Virus record (IMG/VR): IMGVR_UViG_3300045988_095964
Direction: 5' to 3' (one strand)
DNA: 64,000 nt
Source of the DNA: a virus
Below, one piece after another: positions 8,449 to 17,992 of this stretch. Position 1 is the stretch's first letter. Every line of letters begins with the position of its first letter. A program made the position numbers and the translations under genes. The notes under the pieces were generated by a model. That model made no database searches, was not told where the DNA came from, and saw only the letters and a program-made list of their open reading frames with translations.

Positions 8449-9447
8449 ATGTTATCTTTTATTATCGCTATCGTAGCGTTCTCGCTCATCGCTCTGACGG
8501 GTTTTGCTTTCGGTGAAACGACCTCAGCCGGTGCTACTACGGGTGGCTATGTCGCCATTCCGGAAGCAGTGCGTGATTTCTATTCGCGCGAGGTTCTGTT
8601 TCAGGCTCAGCCCCGTCTCCGCTTCCTGCAATTCGCCAAGGTCAAACGTGACCTGCAAGCAATCCGCGGCAAATCCATCGTTTTCGTTAAGTACGGCAAT
8701 CTGAAAGGCGGCGGTTCTCTCGAAGAGACCGATGTTCTCACGCCGGAAGCTATGTCTACGTCCGAGATTGTGGTCCCGGTTAAAGAACAGGGCAACTCGA
8801 CGCAGGTGACCGAATACCTGCTCCGCACCTCTTTACTGGATGTACTCGGCGACGCTTCGAAATTACTTGCCAATAACATGGCTATCGTCCTCGACGGACA
8901 GTTCCGTGACACCGTGCTCAAGACTACCAACGTCGTATACGGCAATGGTAAGAAGTCGCTCGCTACGGTTACGGCTACGGACTATTTCAACACCACTACG
9001 GTTAAGGATGCTGTCGAGACGCTCGCTACGAACAACGCTCCCCGGATCAACGGCGACTATTACGTTTGTATCGCCCACCCGCACCAGCTTCGCACGATGC
9101 GTGACGACCCGAATTGGATCAACGCCAATACTTATATGGGCCGCCGCCAGCTTTACATCGGTGAGGTCGGTATGTACGAAGGTACGATTTTCGTGGAAAC
9201 GACGCAGATGCCCGTACTGGATGCCGCCGGTATTCAGGAAAAGTATGGTAGCGGCGCTACGATTACGACTGGCTACGAGGCCGTGTTCTTCGGTGAAAAT
9301 GCCTACGCTTGGGCTATCGCTCTCGACGTTGAGCTTCGTGACGACGGTGTCGTGGAGCTTGGTCGTAAGCATACGCTGGGCTGGTATGGTATTTGGGGAA
9401 CCGGTATCATCGAGGAGAAAAACATCGTCAAGGCTCTCACCGCGTAA
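8449..9447 (+). CDS. major capsid protein (N4-gp56-like, HK97 fold)
   Basis: 'FYSREVLFQAQPRLRFLQFAKV...GKSIVFVKYGNL' and 'NNAPRINGDYYVCIAHPHQLRTM'. Position after the scaffold gene. Confidence 0.85.
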   Translation: MLSFIIAIVAFSLIALTGFAFGETTSAGATTGGYVAIPEAVRDFYSREVLFQAQPRLRFLQFAKVKRDLQAIRGKSIVFVKYGNLKGGGSLEETDVLTPEAMSTSEIVVPVKEQGNSTQVTEYLLRTSLLDVLGDASKLLANNMAIVLDGQFRDTVLKTTNVVYGNGKKSLATVTATDYFNTTTVKDAVETLATNNAPRINGDYYVCIAHPHQLRTMRDDPNWINANTYMGRRQLYIGEVGMYEGTIFVETTQMPVLDAAGIQEKYGSGATITTGYEAVFFGENAYAWAIALDVELRDDGVVELGRKHTLGWYGIWGTGIIEEKNIVKALTA

Positions 9448-9486
9448 GCGGTGGGGGTCTTCCCTTAACCTTTCAAATCTTATATC

Positions 9487-9762
9487 ATGGCAAAAAGAAT
9501 CGCATCCGAAGTTGAGGAGCAGGAGGGTGTCATCATCCCTGCTGAAACTCCCGTAGAAAAAGAAGAAATCCAAAAAGAGGAGAAAGCCGCTCCTGCCGCG
9601 CAGGTCAAAGCCGCGGTAAAGAAGGTCCGCATCCACTGCATCGAGGAGGTGGACTGTATCATCGCCGGGGTTGCCTACAACTTCCCCAAAGGAAAAGAAG
9701 TCGATGTGCCCGCTGACGTTGCGGCAATTCTGAACAACAGTCAGAGGGCATACAGAATGTAA
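9487..9762 (+). CDS. hypothetical head-associated protein
   Basis: 91 aa after the capsid gene. Glu/Lys-rich N-terminus. Confidence 0.5.
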   Translation: MAKRIASEVEEQEGVIIPAETPVEKEEIQKEEKAAPAAQVKAAVKKVRIHCIEEVDCIIAGVAYNFPKGKEVDVPADVAAILNNSQRAYRM

Positions 9763-9767
9763 AATCT

Positions 9768-10901
9768 ATGCCTACCACTAAGGTAACTTTGAACGAAATT
9801 ATGACAGCGGTTCGGGAGTTAACTTTCGACCGCTTCATAATTCCCGCTTTCGCTATTAAGGCGCAAGAAGGGTATGTCATTGACATTGTGCCCCCGGCGG
9901 TAAATCCGAACCGGGTGACGCGCGTTATAGATGGTGGCGACGCCGGTTCCGACTATACCGAAGGTGAACCCATTCCGGGAGACGTAATAATTGACGGAGG
10001 TGACGCGGCATCTGTATACGCAGACAGTGACTATGATTCGGGGGTCGATATGCTCCCCGGTACATCAGACCCTACGGTGCTTACGAGAGTGACTGCTGAC
10101 GGCGCATTGGCTGTTGAAGCCGGTGGCTATCTCGAAATCCGCAAAAAAGACAGTACCATCAAAGGCGAACGTTTCTATTTCACGGAGTACATTACTCTGA
10201 ATGATCTGATGGACGCCTTTATCGAACGAGGAGTTGTAGTGGCGTACACGCCATATTTCAAAGGTGACGAGCCGTCCATTTCGTTAGTCAAAGTTTCCGG
10301 TCGTAGCTTAGATACGGACCTTACGGTATTCCGTAGGTATTTCTTTTCCGACATCGAGATAAAAGAGATGATCCGTTGGTACTATTTCCGTGTTCTCGAC
10401 ATTAAGAACGTGGAGCTTACCGACGAGACCATAGGTAAACTTATCCGCCCCTCTGAACGCCACATGGCAATTTGGGTATCATATTTTCTCGTCGATAAAC
10501 GACGGGTGTATGAGAACGCCGCAAGTGCAATCGGCCAGTCTTTTACTGATGGCTCTGACTATACTGGCTCTGCTACAAACGGCACTCCCTTATCGACCAC
10601 GGTTCAGATCGGCTCAGTATTCTCAATTACGGAAGACGCTACGCAAGGGTATTTCTATGAAGATTTCAATCGGGTCGGTTCCGACAATGTTTGGGGCGAC
10701 CGTTATTCGTTTTGGTATCGGCTTATGCTGTACCTGCGGAGTTTACTGGAAGATACTTTCGGCGATTACTCACTGCGTAAGGACAACGTTATTCCGGGCT
10801 ATATTCAGCTTACGCGCGAATTGGATTTCAGAGCATACTACGACAGCTATCCATTCAGCCTTTCCCCGCTGTCAAGAGGTATACTCTCAAGAGTTCCGTA
10901 G
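9768..10901 (+). CDS. hypothetical structural protein
   Basis: 377 aa within the head-tail block. Duplicated 'IDGGDA[GA]S.Y' segment. Confidence 0.55.
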   Translation: MPTTKVTLNEIMTAVRELTFDRFIIPAFAIKAQEGYVIDIVPPAVNPNRVTRVIDGGDAGSDYTEGEPIPGDVIIDGGDAASVYADSDYDSGVDMLPGTSDPTVLTRVTADGALAVEAGGYLEIRKKDSTIKGERFYFTEYITLNDLMDAFIERGVVVAYTPYFKGDEPSISLVKVSGRSLDTDLTVFRRYFFSDIEIKEMIRWYYFRVLDIKNVELTDETIGKLIRPSERHMAIWVSYFLVDKRRVYENAASAIGQSFTDGSDYTGSATNGTPLSTTVQIGSVFSITEDATQGYFYEDFNRVGSDNVWGDRYSFWYRLMLYLRSLLEDTFGDYSLRKDNVIPGYIQLTRELDFRAYYDSYPFSLSPLSRGILSRVP

Positions 10902-10904
10902 GAT

Positions 10905-11336
10905 ATGCTTCTTACCAAAGGTAAATTCCAACAATACCGGGCTATATTTTATAACAAATTGAAGCAGACCCCGTATAAGATTTCACTCGAAATCGTTACG
11001 GTAGAGGACCCGACCTCGGAAGGGTTTTCAATCGAAGAATTTGTCGGTAGCTCTCCAAGAAGTTCCCGGTTTTACGAGTTTCAGGCCCTTTATGAGCGTG
11101 AAATTCCGTTGCGTACCCGTGAAAAATACGGGCTTCCCAAAGAAGTAAACGGGATTGTGTATCTGTCGCCGCTCCAGCTTGTCCCTGTACTGGGAACGTT
11201 TAAGTTGGACTGGAACAAGACCAAAGTACACTTTGCCGGACATACGCAAGTTGTTGAGAAGATCGAATATTTGGAGCCATTGTATGACAGTTGCGTAGGT
11301 ATTCAGATTTTTGTCAAAGACGACCTCAAAGCATAA
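10905..11336 (+). CDS. hypothetical structural protein
   Basis: 143 aa. TAATG junction with the next gene. Confidence 0.5.
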   Translation: MLLTKGKFQQYRAIFYNKLKQTPYKISLEIVTVEDPTSEGFSIEEFVGSSPRSSRFYEFQALYEREIPLRTREKYGLPKEVNGIVYLSPLQLVPVLGTFKLDWNKTKVHFAGHTQVVEKIEYLEPLYDSCVGIQIFVKDDLKA

Positions 11337-11641
11337 TGACAACAGTAAAAACGCACAAGCGAAAGGGGCGTAATAAGGTGTCCGTTGTACGGAAGCATGA
11401 CCGAAAGGATAAAGTTTCCGCTCTGCGTGGCGCCAAGGACTTTTCTGAAAAACAGCGTGACAAACTCTCGTCGAAAGGGGAGGCTCTCCCCGACGGTTCT
11501 TATCCGATTGCAAGTAAGCGTGATTTGGCCAATGCTATTTCGTCGTATGGCCGCGCTAAGAATCCCGAAATAGTCAAACGCTGGATTGTAAAACGTGCGA
11601 AAGCCCTCGGTGCGAGTGAGATGATCCCTAAAAACTGGTAG
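11336..11641 (+). CDS. basic-hairpin-motif protein
   Basis: N-terminus 'VKTHKRKGRNKVSVVRKHDRK'. C-terminus 'LPDGSYPI...DLANAISSYGRAKNPEIVKRWIVKRAKALG'. Confidence 0.6.
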   Translation: MTTVKTHKRKGRNKVSVVRKHDRKDKVSALRGAKDFSEKQRDKLSSKGEALPDGSYPIASKRDLANAISSYGRAKNPEIVKRWIVKRAKALGASEMIPKNW

Positions 11642-11645
11642 CCCC

Positions 11646-11858
11646 ATGAAAAAGAAATCTCCAGCCACCGCAAACAGTGTTATTCCGCGTTACCCCGAAT
11701 TACAGCGAGTGATTGTACGGGAACGAACTCCAGCAACTCCTATTCGTGAGGAGAACGAGGTTCTCGCCGCGTATCAACAAGTAGGGAACATTCCCGACCG
11801 TAGCACCAGTAACCAATTTGGCGCTCCGCAGGGTTTCTACCCGAATAACGAATGCTAA
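11646..11858 (+). CDS. hypothetical protein
   Basis: 70-aa ORF that fills the gap. Confidence 0.4.
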   Translation: MKKKSPATANSVIPRYPELQRVIVRERTPATPIREENEVLAAYQQVGNIPDRSTSNQFGAPQGFYPNNEC

Positions 11859-11860
11859 AC

Positions 11861-12019
11861 ATGAAAGACGGAAACGGTAAAGCAAAAATCTGCCCCAAAA
11901 CGGGGCAACCCGAAATGGTAAAGTGGGGAATCGGTGACGGTACGCCGCCATTGACTACGGACCCGGAAAATCCCATCAAGCCGTTCGCCACGTATGTCGA
12001 GGAAGATGACCGGCGATGA
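11861..12019 (+). CDS. hypothetical small protein (52 aa, below track cutoff)
   Basis: ATG at 11861. ATGA overlap with the next gene at 12016-12019. Confidence 0.3.
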   Translation: MKDGNGKAKICPKTGQPEMVKWGIGDGTPPLTTDPENPIKPFATYVEEDDRR

Positions 12020-12510
12020 AGATTCCTGCGTTCCCTGCTGTTAGGCTGGCTTCTATGGTTCCTCGAAATATGCGGAAAGTTCCCAAGTCATATTTGAAGA
12101 ATCCGAAGTTCAAAAAGCCGAAAGTCTCCGCATTCAAAAAGGATATGGAGAATCTCGGTGCTGAAATTGCAGAGGAGTTTAAGGAAACGGTCATTCGCAA
12201 CATCAAGACAAACGCCTATGGGTTTCATCTGTCAGAGTCCACTTTAAGACAGAAGTCGGGGGAAACCCCGCTTATTGACAGTGGCGTGATGCTGGATGCC
12301 ATCTATCGGGAGGGTACTTTTGTTTCGGTGGAAGACACTCCGCGCACGGATAGTCCTCTTACCAATTTGGAGCTCGCCAAAGTACACGAATACGGTACAA
12401 AGGATAAACATATTCCTGCGCGTCCAGTATGGCGAAACACTTTCCGGGACTACAAACCAAAGGCCAAAAAACGAATTCAGAAATTCTTTAAGACGAACGG
12501 TAATGGGTAA
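12016..12510 (+). CDS. head-tail joining protein (HK97 gp10-like)
   Basis: 'PLIDSGVMLDAI' and 'HIPARPVW' resemble gp10-family motifs. Confidence 0.5.
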   Translation: MKIPAFPAVRLASMVPRNMRKVPKSYLKNPKFKKPKVSAFKKDMENLGAEIAEEFKETVIRNIKTNAYGFHLSESTLRQKSGETPLIDSGVMLDAIYREGTFVSVEDTPRTDSPLTNLELAKVHEYGTKDKHIPARPVWRNTFRDYKPKAKKRIQKFFKTNGNG

Positions 12511-13012
12511 CGTATCGGTCAAGTCCTACAAACGCAGGAGCACGAAGGGTAAAGTTTATACCGTTCGTGCGTATTCACGTGGTGGGGGTAAGAAACCAAA
12601 CATGGGAAATATGGAGATCAGTCGCGGTGCTGAAAAAGTTTCCGACGCCGAGATTCAGAAGTACTACGACAAACAACAAGAAGAAATGAAGGAGTTTGTC
12701 CGAAAACTTCAAGGGGTTGCCAAAGAGTACGGTGTCAAAGGTGGTACTGAGGCTCTCCTGCAAACTCCTGCCGCCCGTAAGAATCCCATTGCCGCGGCTA
12801 AACAGTCTGCACGCATAGAGACTGACCGGATTATGAAAGAGGTCAATCCTACGCTTCATACGGAGGCTCCTGCCCGACGTGCACCGCGTGGCGGTCTGTT
12901 ATCCCGGTTGAAATCCATGTACACGGAGGAACTCGCTAAGGCGTCCAAGAAATATGGAACTTACGACGAGTTTTTTGGTGCTCGCAAGTCTCTCAAAAAG
13001 AAACGAAAGTGA
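12503..13012 (+). CDS. basic-hairpin-motif protein
   Basis: ATG at 12503. N-terminus 'VSVKSYKRRSTKGKVYTVRAYSRGGGKK'. Confidence 0.55.
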   Translation: MGNVSVKSYKRRSTKGKVYTVRAYSRGGGKKPNMGNMEISRGAEKVSDAEIQKYYDKQQEEMKEFVRKLQGVAKEYGVKGGTEALLQTPAARKNPIAAAKQSARIETDRIMKEVNPTLHTEAPARRAPRGGLLSRLKSMYTEELAKASKKYGTYDEFFGARKSLKKKRK

Positions 13013-13314
13013 TGGAAACTCTTTTGGCAAAACTGCTCGACATTTTCTCGGTGGGGTACATGTTCTGCGTTATCGCGGCATCTTACTTTACTATCAAAGT
13101 AGTGGATCATCTGAATGGTCCCCGGAAGGTTCCTACGTGGGTGAAACGTGCTGTAACGTTCATCTGCGGAGCTTTGTTTTTTTGGGTATTCCGTGAGTTT
13201 ACGGAGGAAACGTTCGAGAGCCTTATCACATCGTTTTTCGCGGCGTTGTTCGTGTATGACGGTGCTATAAAGTGGATTCTGAAAAAACTGAACGCCGATT
13301 ACAAGAAATGCTGA
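13009..13314 (+). CDS. holin-like membrane protein
   Basis: 101 aa with about three hydrophobic segments and a charged C-terminus 'KKLNADYKKC'. Confidence 0.45.
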   Translation: MMETLLAKLLDIFSVGYMFCVIAASYFTIKVVDHLNGPRKVPTWVKRAVTFICGALFFWVFREFTEETFESLITSFFAALFVYDGAIKWILKKLNADYKKC

Positions 13315-13910
13315 CCTCGATCTCTCAGGTAAACGAGGAGTTCTTCAAACTGTTCTCCGGAATCAAAATCAAAGACCACACAACTGGCTCTGAGATTTCT
13401 GTCCGGTCCCGGTTTGCCCGCAAGTCTGCGCAAGACTACGTTGAGGAACAGGAGAACCAAGTATACCCATGTATCGCCATTCAAGACTACCAACCCACAC
13501 TTGCTGAGGATTGGTGGATTGATTTCAAGGAGTACGCCGGAGGATTGTCTACTGACAACCTTACTGCATACTTGTACAGGCGTCCTATTTGGATGGATTT
13601 TCGGTATGACGTAAGCATTGCTACGAAAGATTACTTTCAGAGCCAGTCATTGAAGAATCTGTTTCTGTCTCGGTTTATTGCTCAGCCAAAATTTATCTTT
13701 AACAAGACGGTTATTGACGGTGACGAGGTGGGTGATGTGGTTCCTTACACGATTCGGACCACGGATGTCCCCCGTACTGACGGAGTACTGGAGGTCAACT
13801 ACGAATTTACTCTGCGTGCTTGGCTTTACGTGGTAGAACCTCGTGAGGTCGATGTAGTACAACAGATTGTCACCGATCTTATCCAAGTGGATGTCGAACC
13901 TATCGGTTAA
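13308..13910 (+). CDS. hypothetical tail protein (possibly terminator/DUF4255-like)
   Basis: 200 aa upstream of the sheath region. The pattern similarity is weak. Confidence 0.4.
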   Translation: MLTSISQVNEEFFKLFSGIKIKDHTTGSEISVRSRFARKSAQDYVEEQENQVYPCIAIQDYQPTLAEDWWIDFKEYAGGLSTDNLTAYLYRRPIWMDFRYDVSIATKDYFQSQSLKNLFLSRFIAQPKFIFNKTVIDGDEVGDVVPYTIRTTDVPRTDGVLEVNYEFTLRAWLYVVEPREVDVVQQIVTDLIQVDVEPIG

Positions 13911-13924
13911 ATTTGACTGGGTGA

Positions 13925-13957
13925 TTTGGTGATACGAGAATATTTTTATTATCTTTG
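13925..13957 (+). promoter_or_regulatory. Bacteroides-type promoter (-33 TTTG, -7 TATCTTTG)
   Basis: TTTG at 13925-13928, a 21-nt spacer, then TATCTTTG at 13950-13957. Confidence 0.5.
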
Positions 13958-13973
13958 AGAAAAATTAAGTGCT

Positions 13974-14147
13974 ATGGCTAAGACTATGGAGGAAAACATT
14001 GTAAAGACCAAAACACTGCGTAACGCCAGTGGCTACCGTATGGAACTTTACCTCAACGGAAAGTTGGTGGTACTGCTTCCCGGTAAAAGCGTTAAAGTCT
14101 CTGCTGAGACTGAGGTTCCCGTGATGAAAGGTCTTATCGTGAAGTAA
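13974..14147 (+). CDS. hypothetical small protein (57 aa, below track cutoff)
   Basis: ATG at 13974 after the promoter. TAATG junction at 14145-14149. Confidence 0.4.
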   Translation: MAKTMEENIVKTKTLRNASGYRMELYLNGKLVVLLPGKSVKVSAETEVPVMKGLIVK

Positions 14148-14509
14148 TGACCTCGGAGAAGCTGAAACTCATTTGCAACCGTTCCGACCCGCAGGACAAC
14201 AAGTTGCTACTGCTCGCCGAATTATTCGACGAGCGTTGCGAGTTATTGGAGCAAAATCAGGAGCGGATGAACAACAGCTTAACTGAGACCAACACCAAAC
14301 TCGACGAGATACTGGAAAAAATGCGTGCTCTTACGGTCGCCGAGGAAAGTTGCCCGGTCCGTAGAAGCAAAGACTCTTTCAATCTGCTTGTGTTCTTTTT
14401 GGAACATCCGCGGATTACACTCGTGACGATTCTCGGAGCATCGTTTATCCTCTCCGGCTTAGTCAGTCACGATTTTTGGGCTACATTACGAGGATTATTC
14501 GGAGTATGA
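14147..14509 (+). CDS. C-terminally membrane-anchored coiled-coil protein (lysis cassette)
   Basis: Hydrophobic 'ITLVTILGASFILSGLV' near the C-terminus. ATGA coupling to the amidase gene. Confidence 0.5.
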   Translation: MTSEKLKLICNRSDPQDNKLLLLAELFDERCELLEQNQERMNNSLTETNTKLDEILEKMRALTVAEESCPVRRSKDSFNLLVFFLEHPRITLVTILGASFILSGLVSHDFWATLRGLFGV

Positions 14510-15111
14510 AAAGTATCTGCATAGTACTGGACCCTGCCCACGGTAAAGAGGTTGCAGGTAAAAGTTCTCCCGACAAGACGCATCGGGAGTACCTTTGGAG
14601 CCGTGAACGTTGCCGGAATATCGCAATTAAACTGCGTGCCATCGGTTACGAGGTGTATTTCACCAACACCACGGACTATGAGATCGGTCTTTCCAAACGT
14701 CAGAGAAATGCGCTGAACGTCAAGACCGACAAAAAGAAACTGCTTCTTTCACTGCACAATGATGCAGTAGGTACTGGTACATCGTGGAACAACGCCCGCG
14801 GTTACTCGGTATGGACTACGAAAGGAGTAACCAAGTCGGATGAATGCGCTGACATTATCATCGACCAGCTTCGGGAAGACTTCCCGGACATTAAGTTCAG
14901 ACAATACTCGCCGAAAAAGTTGGACCGCGACTTCGAGGCGAATTTTACCGTTCTTATGGGGAGCGGTTATATGGCGGTATTAATTGAGTGGCTGTTTCAA
15001 GACAACAAAGAGGATGTAGTTGAATTGCAGGACGACCAAATCAATCGGGCGTATGAAGATTCAATAGTAAAAGCAATCGAGAAAATAAACGACCATTTCG
15101 ACAATGACTAA
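14506..15111 (+). CDS. N-acetylmuramoyl-L-alanine amidase (endolysin)
   Basis: 'VLDPAHGKEVAGK', 'LLLSLHNDA' and 'ARGYSVW' fit the Amidase_3 pattern. Confidence 0.85.
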   Translation: MKSICIVLDPAHGKEVAGKSSPDKTHREYLWSRERCRNIAIKLRAIGYEVYFTNTTDYEIGLSKRQRNALNVKTDKKKLLLSLHNDAVGTGTSWNNARGYSVWTTKGVTKSDECADIIIDQLREDFPDIKFRQYSPKKLDRDFEANFTVLMGSGYMAVLIEWLFQDNKEDVVELQDDQINRAYEDSIVKAIEKINDHFDND

Positions 15112-15523
15112 TTATAAGAAAATAGTGGTGTTCCTTTTTCTCGGAATCGTTCTCGCTCTCTCAGCCCTTTGTGTCTATTACGCACAAAGGTGTTCCTATT
15201 TGGAGGCTACTCACGACGCTCAAAAGTACAAAGACAGAATCACTGAATTGCAGGATTCTATCAATAAGCTGGTGGTCGTTGTGGATAATGCCAAACAGGT
15301 TGCTCAGTCATTGGAGCGCGATAAGGACGAATTACGTAAGCAGGTACAACAAATACTCAGCGATTATGACAAAGGTAATTCTGCTATTTTGGATGGTGGC
15401 ATTGACGATAACATCCGCATCCTCTCAGAATTTCTATCCGAGGAAATTGATACTGAACCAAACGGACACGGTTATCGTGATAACCCCGGTACAGCTTCAA
15501 AAAATAAATCTCGGCCTGAATAA
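15104..15523 (+). CDS. i-spanin-like protein (N-terminal TM plus coiled coil)
   Basis: 'IVVFLFLGIVLALSALCVYY', then heptad-rich sequence. Confidence 0.5.
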   Translation: MTNYKKIVVFLFLGIVLALSALCVYYAQRCSYLEATHDAQKYKDRITELQDSINKLVVVVDNAKQVAQSLERDKDELRKQVQQILSDYDKGNSAILDGGIDDNIRILSEFLSEEIDTEPNGHGYRDNPGTASKNKSRPE

Positions 15524-15524
15524 G

Positions 15525-15785
15525 ATGCGTAGCTATGAGAAAATCAATCTCAACTACGCAAAACAGTTACTTATAGCGGATTCGCTGAACAAGGTTCTTT
15601 ACAACACTGTTGAGGCGCAGGAATCGGTCATTAAACTTAAAAGTGACCAGTTCGAGGCTTCACAGGACGCGATAAACGCGCTGGAGGAATCCATGCGTGA
15701 ACAACAAAAACGAAACAGACGGACACTGTGGGGTGTCGGTGCGGGGTGTACCGCAATCGGTATTTTACTGGGTCTGATTTTATAG
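15525..15785 (+). CDS. C-terminally TM-anchored protein (lysis cassette)
   Basis: The ATG at 15525 gives 86 aa ending 'LWGVGAGCTAIGILLGLIL'. The same frame is open from 15171, with an alternative ATG at 15366. Confidence 0.45.
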   Translation: MRSYEKINLNYAKQLLIADSLNKVLYNTVEAQESVIKLKSDQFEASQDAINALEESMREQQKRNRRTLWGVGAGCTAIGILLGLIL

Positions 15786-15814
15786 GGAGCGATTAACTTT
15801 TAATTTCAATAACA

Positions 15815-17515
15815 ATGGCAGATGTAGGTACTTCCGTAAAAGAGGGTGTCGCCAACGGCGGTTCCCCCTTTCAGGACCCCGCAAAAAGAAACATTGGTCT
15901 GCTCGGTATGTTTACCCGTGGCGCGTTACTGACGCCTATCCGGGTAGTCAATATGGAGGAGTTCAATGAGACTTTCGGAGGTCAAAATTCGAACTACTAT
16001 GGCCCGGCGGTAGTTAAGAATCTGTTTGACGAAGCCGGGGAAGCTCCCGCTACCTTGTACATTGCCCGCGTTGCCGCGAGTGATGCCAAAGCCGCCAAGG
16101 GGACTATCAACTCCACGGGTGAACACAAACCGGCTTTCGAACTCAACGCGACCGCCGCGTACAGAGGTGTTGAAGACCCCGGTTCGTGGGCTAACAACAA
16201 GGTAAAAGTAACCGTTTACCCGTACTCGGTTTCCGTCGAGGGTAACTACGTGGTTACTGTGGAATACGACGGCACCGTTGAGACGTATACTGCGCCGACG
16301 CTCGCCGAGATTCAAAAACAAATTCTCCAAGTCAGCAAGTTCGCCGTTATCGACGTTGTCTCTGAACCTACGGGTAACGCCCGCTATGGTCTGAAAGCGA
16401 TCGGTACGTTTACCGCAGATCAGGGTGCTACGACGCTGACGGGTAGTGCCGCACCTACGGGTGTCGCCGCTGGCGATACGCTGTATTCGGAGGCATACGA
16501 AAAGATCGGCGTCGTGAAATCCATCGAGGGTAACAATATCGCGCTGGAAGGTTTCGCACTGGTCGCCGTTACGGGACAGGTCAGCAAACTCGACACCACG
16601 GCTCCGTCCGCTACGCTGAGCGCCGGTTCCAACGGTGGGGAGGTAACCGAGGAGTACTTCGGTAATCAGTTCTCCTGCTTCGACGGTGTGGACGTTCAGA
16701 TCATTGCGCATACGGAGTTCCACTCGCTCAACGTCGAGAAGAAACTCAACGCATATCTCAACGATCAGAAAAGTCCCGTCGGCGTTATCACGTTCCCGAA
16801 CACGTTCTCGGAAGCACTCGCCGAGCTTTACTGCTCCGCACTGAAATCGAACGACAAGAGTTTCATGGCCGGTGCATACGCCGGCTGGGTAACGGTTCTG
16901 GACGCCGACGGTAACCGTATCGAGATTCCGAATATCGGAGCTATTCTCGGTGCAGGTTATCTGCGCACGCCGTATGTGAACGGCGACGGCATTCATATCC
17001 CGCCCGGCGGCATTGATTCGCTGTTTACGACGGTTCTGGACTGCTCGGTCAAGAATCTCACCCAGCCGCAGATCAACCGGCTGGTACAGCAGTTCTATTG
17101 CAACGTTCTGCAATACGTCGATGGTACGGGCTTCTACATCGGTAGCTCCCGCGCGTACTCGTCGAACAAGCTGTACCAAAGCATCCATGTCCGGTTACAG
17201 ACTTCGTACTACGTGCGCCTGCTTCGGGTACGGATGCGGTTCGCCGAACAGAAACCCAATACGCCCGATCTCAAACGGGAAATCCTCATCGAGTGTCGGC
17301 GTATCTTCAAGCCCGAATACGAGGTCGGTGCTCTGGAAAACAGTGTGTCGTTCGAAAAGGCTTATCAGGCCATCTGCGACAAGAGTAATAACCCTGCGTC
17401 GCAAGATCGTAAGATTGTCAACGTAACTATCATGTGGATTCCTACCGAGTGCACGGAAAGTATCGTTGTCAGCCTGCAACGTAACGACGGAATTTTAATT
17501 TTAGAGGAGGAGTAA
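15815..17515 (+). CDS. tail sheath protein
   Basis: 566 aa immediately upstream of a gp19-like tube gene. Confidence 0.85.
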   Translation: MADVGTSVKEGVANGGSPFQDPAKRNIGLLGMFTRGALLTPIRVVNMEEFNETFGGQNSNYYGPAVVKNLFDEAGEAPATLYIARVAASDAKAAKGTINSTGEHKPAFELNATAAYRGVEDPGSWANNKVKVTVYPYSVSVEGNYVVTVEYDGTVETYTAPTLAEIQKQILQVSKFAVIDVVSEPTGNARYGLKAIGTFTADQGATTLTGSAAPTGVAAGDTLYSEAYEKIGVVKSIEGNNIALEGFALVAVTGQVSKLDTTAPSATLSAGSNGGEVTEEYFGNQFSCFDGVDVQIIAHTEFHSLNVEKKLNAYLNDQKSPVGVITFPNTFSEALAELYCSALKSNDKSFMAGAYAGWVTVLDADGNRIEIPNIGAILGAGYLRTPYVNGDGIHIPPGGIDSLFTTVLDCSVKNLTQPQINRLVQQFYCNVLQYVDGTGFYIGSSRAYSSNKLYQSIHVRLQTSYYVRLLRVRMRFAEQKPNTPDLKREILIECRRIFKPEYEVGALENSVSFEKAYQAICDKSNNPASQDRKIVNVTIMWIPTECTESIVVSLQRNDGILILEEE

Positions 17516-17518
17516 AAC

Positions 17519-17980
17519 ATGGCAAGAATGCAAAAACCCCAAGATGCCCTCGTTGTTAACGGGTGGTATCTCAACCTGCCAGTACCGGGAATTCTCTCGG
17601 AGGGTCTTTTCGAGACGCTGGAGGGCATGGGAAAATCGTCCGGTAACGTCGAGATGGTCGATGCCGGAAGTAACCATGTCTACAACTTCACGGACCAGTT
17701 GACCCGTTACGACGAGATGACCCTAACGAGAACGTATCAGGGTAACGCCACTGACCGTGCTATGGAGGCGCTCGTCAGTACGATGATCGAAACCGGGCTT
17801 AAACTCCCGGCTACCGCTGTGAAGATGCACCACGGCCAAGAGGTGTTCGCCATCGTATTCGAGGGATTCCGTTTCACGGCAGTAAAAATGCCTACGCTGG
17901 ACGTCGCTGGTTCGGACAAGTTCACCGTCTCCTACACGGCGATGTGTGACGGTTGGGAGATTGTTCCCGTCGGCGCGTAA
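17519..17980 (+). CDS. tail tube protein (gp19/eCIS-type)
   Basis: 153 aa. 'WYLNLPVPG...FETLEGMGKSSGNVEMVDAGSN' fits the pattern. Position supports the call. Confidence 0.8.
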   Translation: MARMQKPQDALVVNGWYLNLPVPGILSEGLFETLEGMGKSSGNVEMVDAGSNHVYNFTDQLTRYDEMTLTRTYQGNATDRAMEALVSTMIETGLKLPATAVKMHHGQEVFAIVFEGFRFTAVKMPTLDVAGSDKFTVSYTAMCDGWEIVPVGA

Positions 17981-17992
17981 TTCTCTCTCGTT

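Noticed and set aside
15926-17188. 420-aa ORF on the minus strand opposite the sheath gene
   Set aside because: It is a shadow ORF. The + strand frame encodes a full-length sheath protein in canonical order. The antisense product is low-complexity and Arg/Val-rich. No convincing minus-strand gene exists anywhere in the window.
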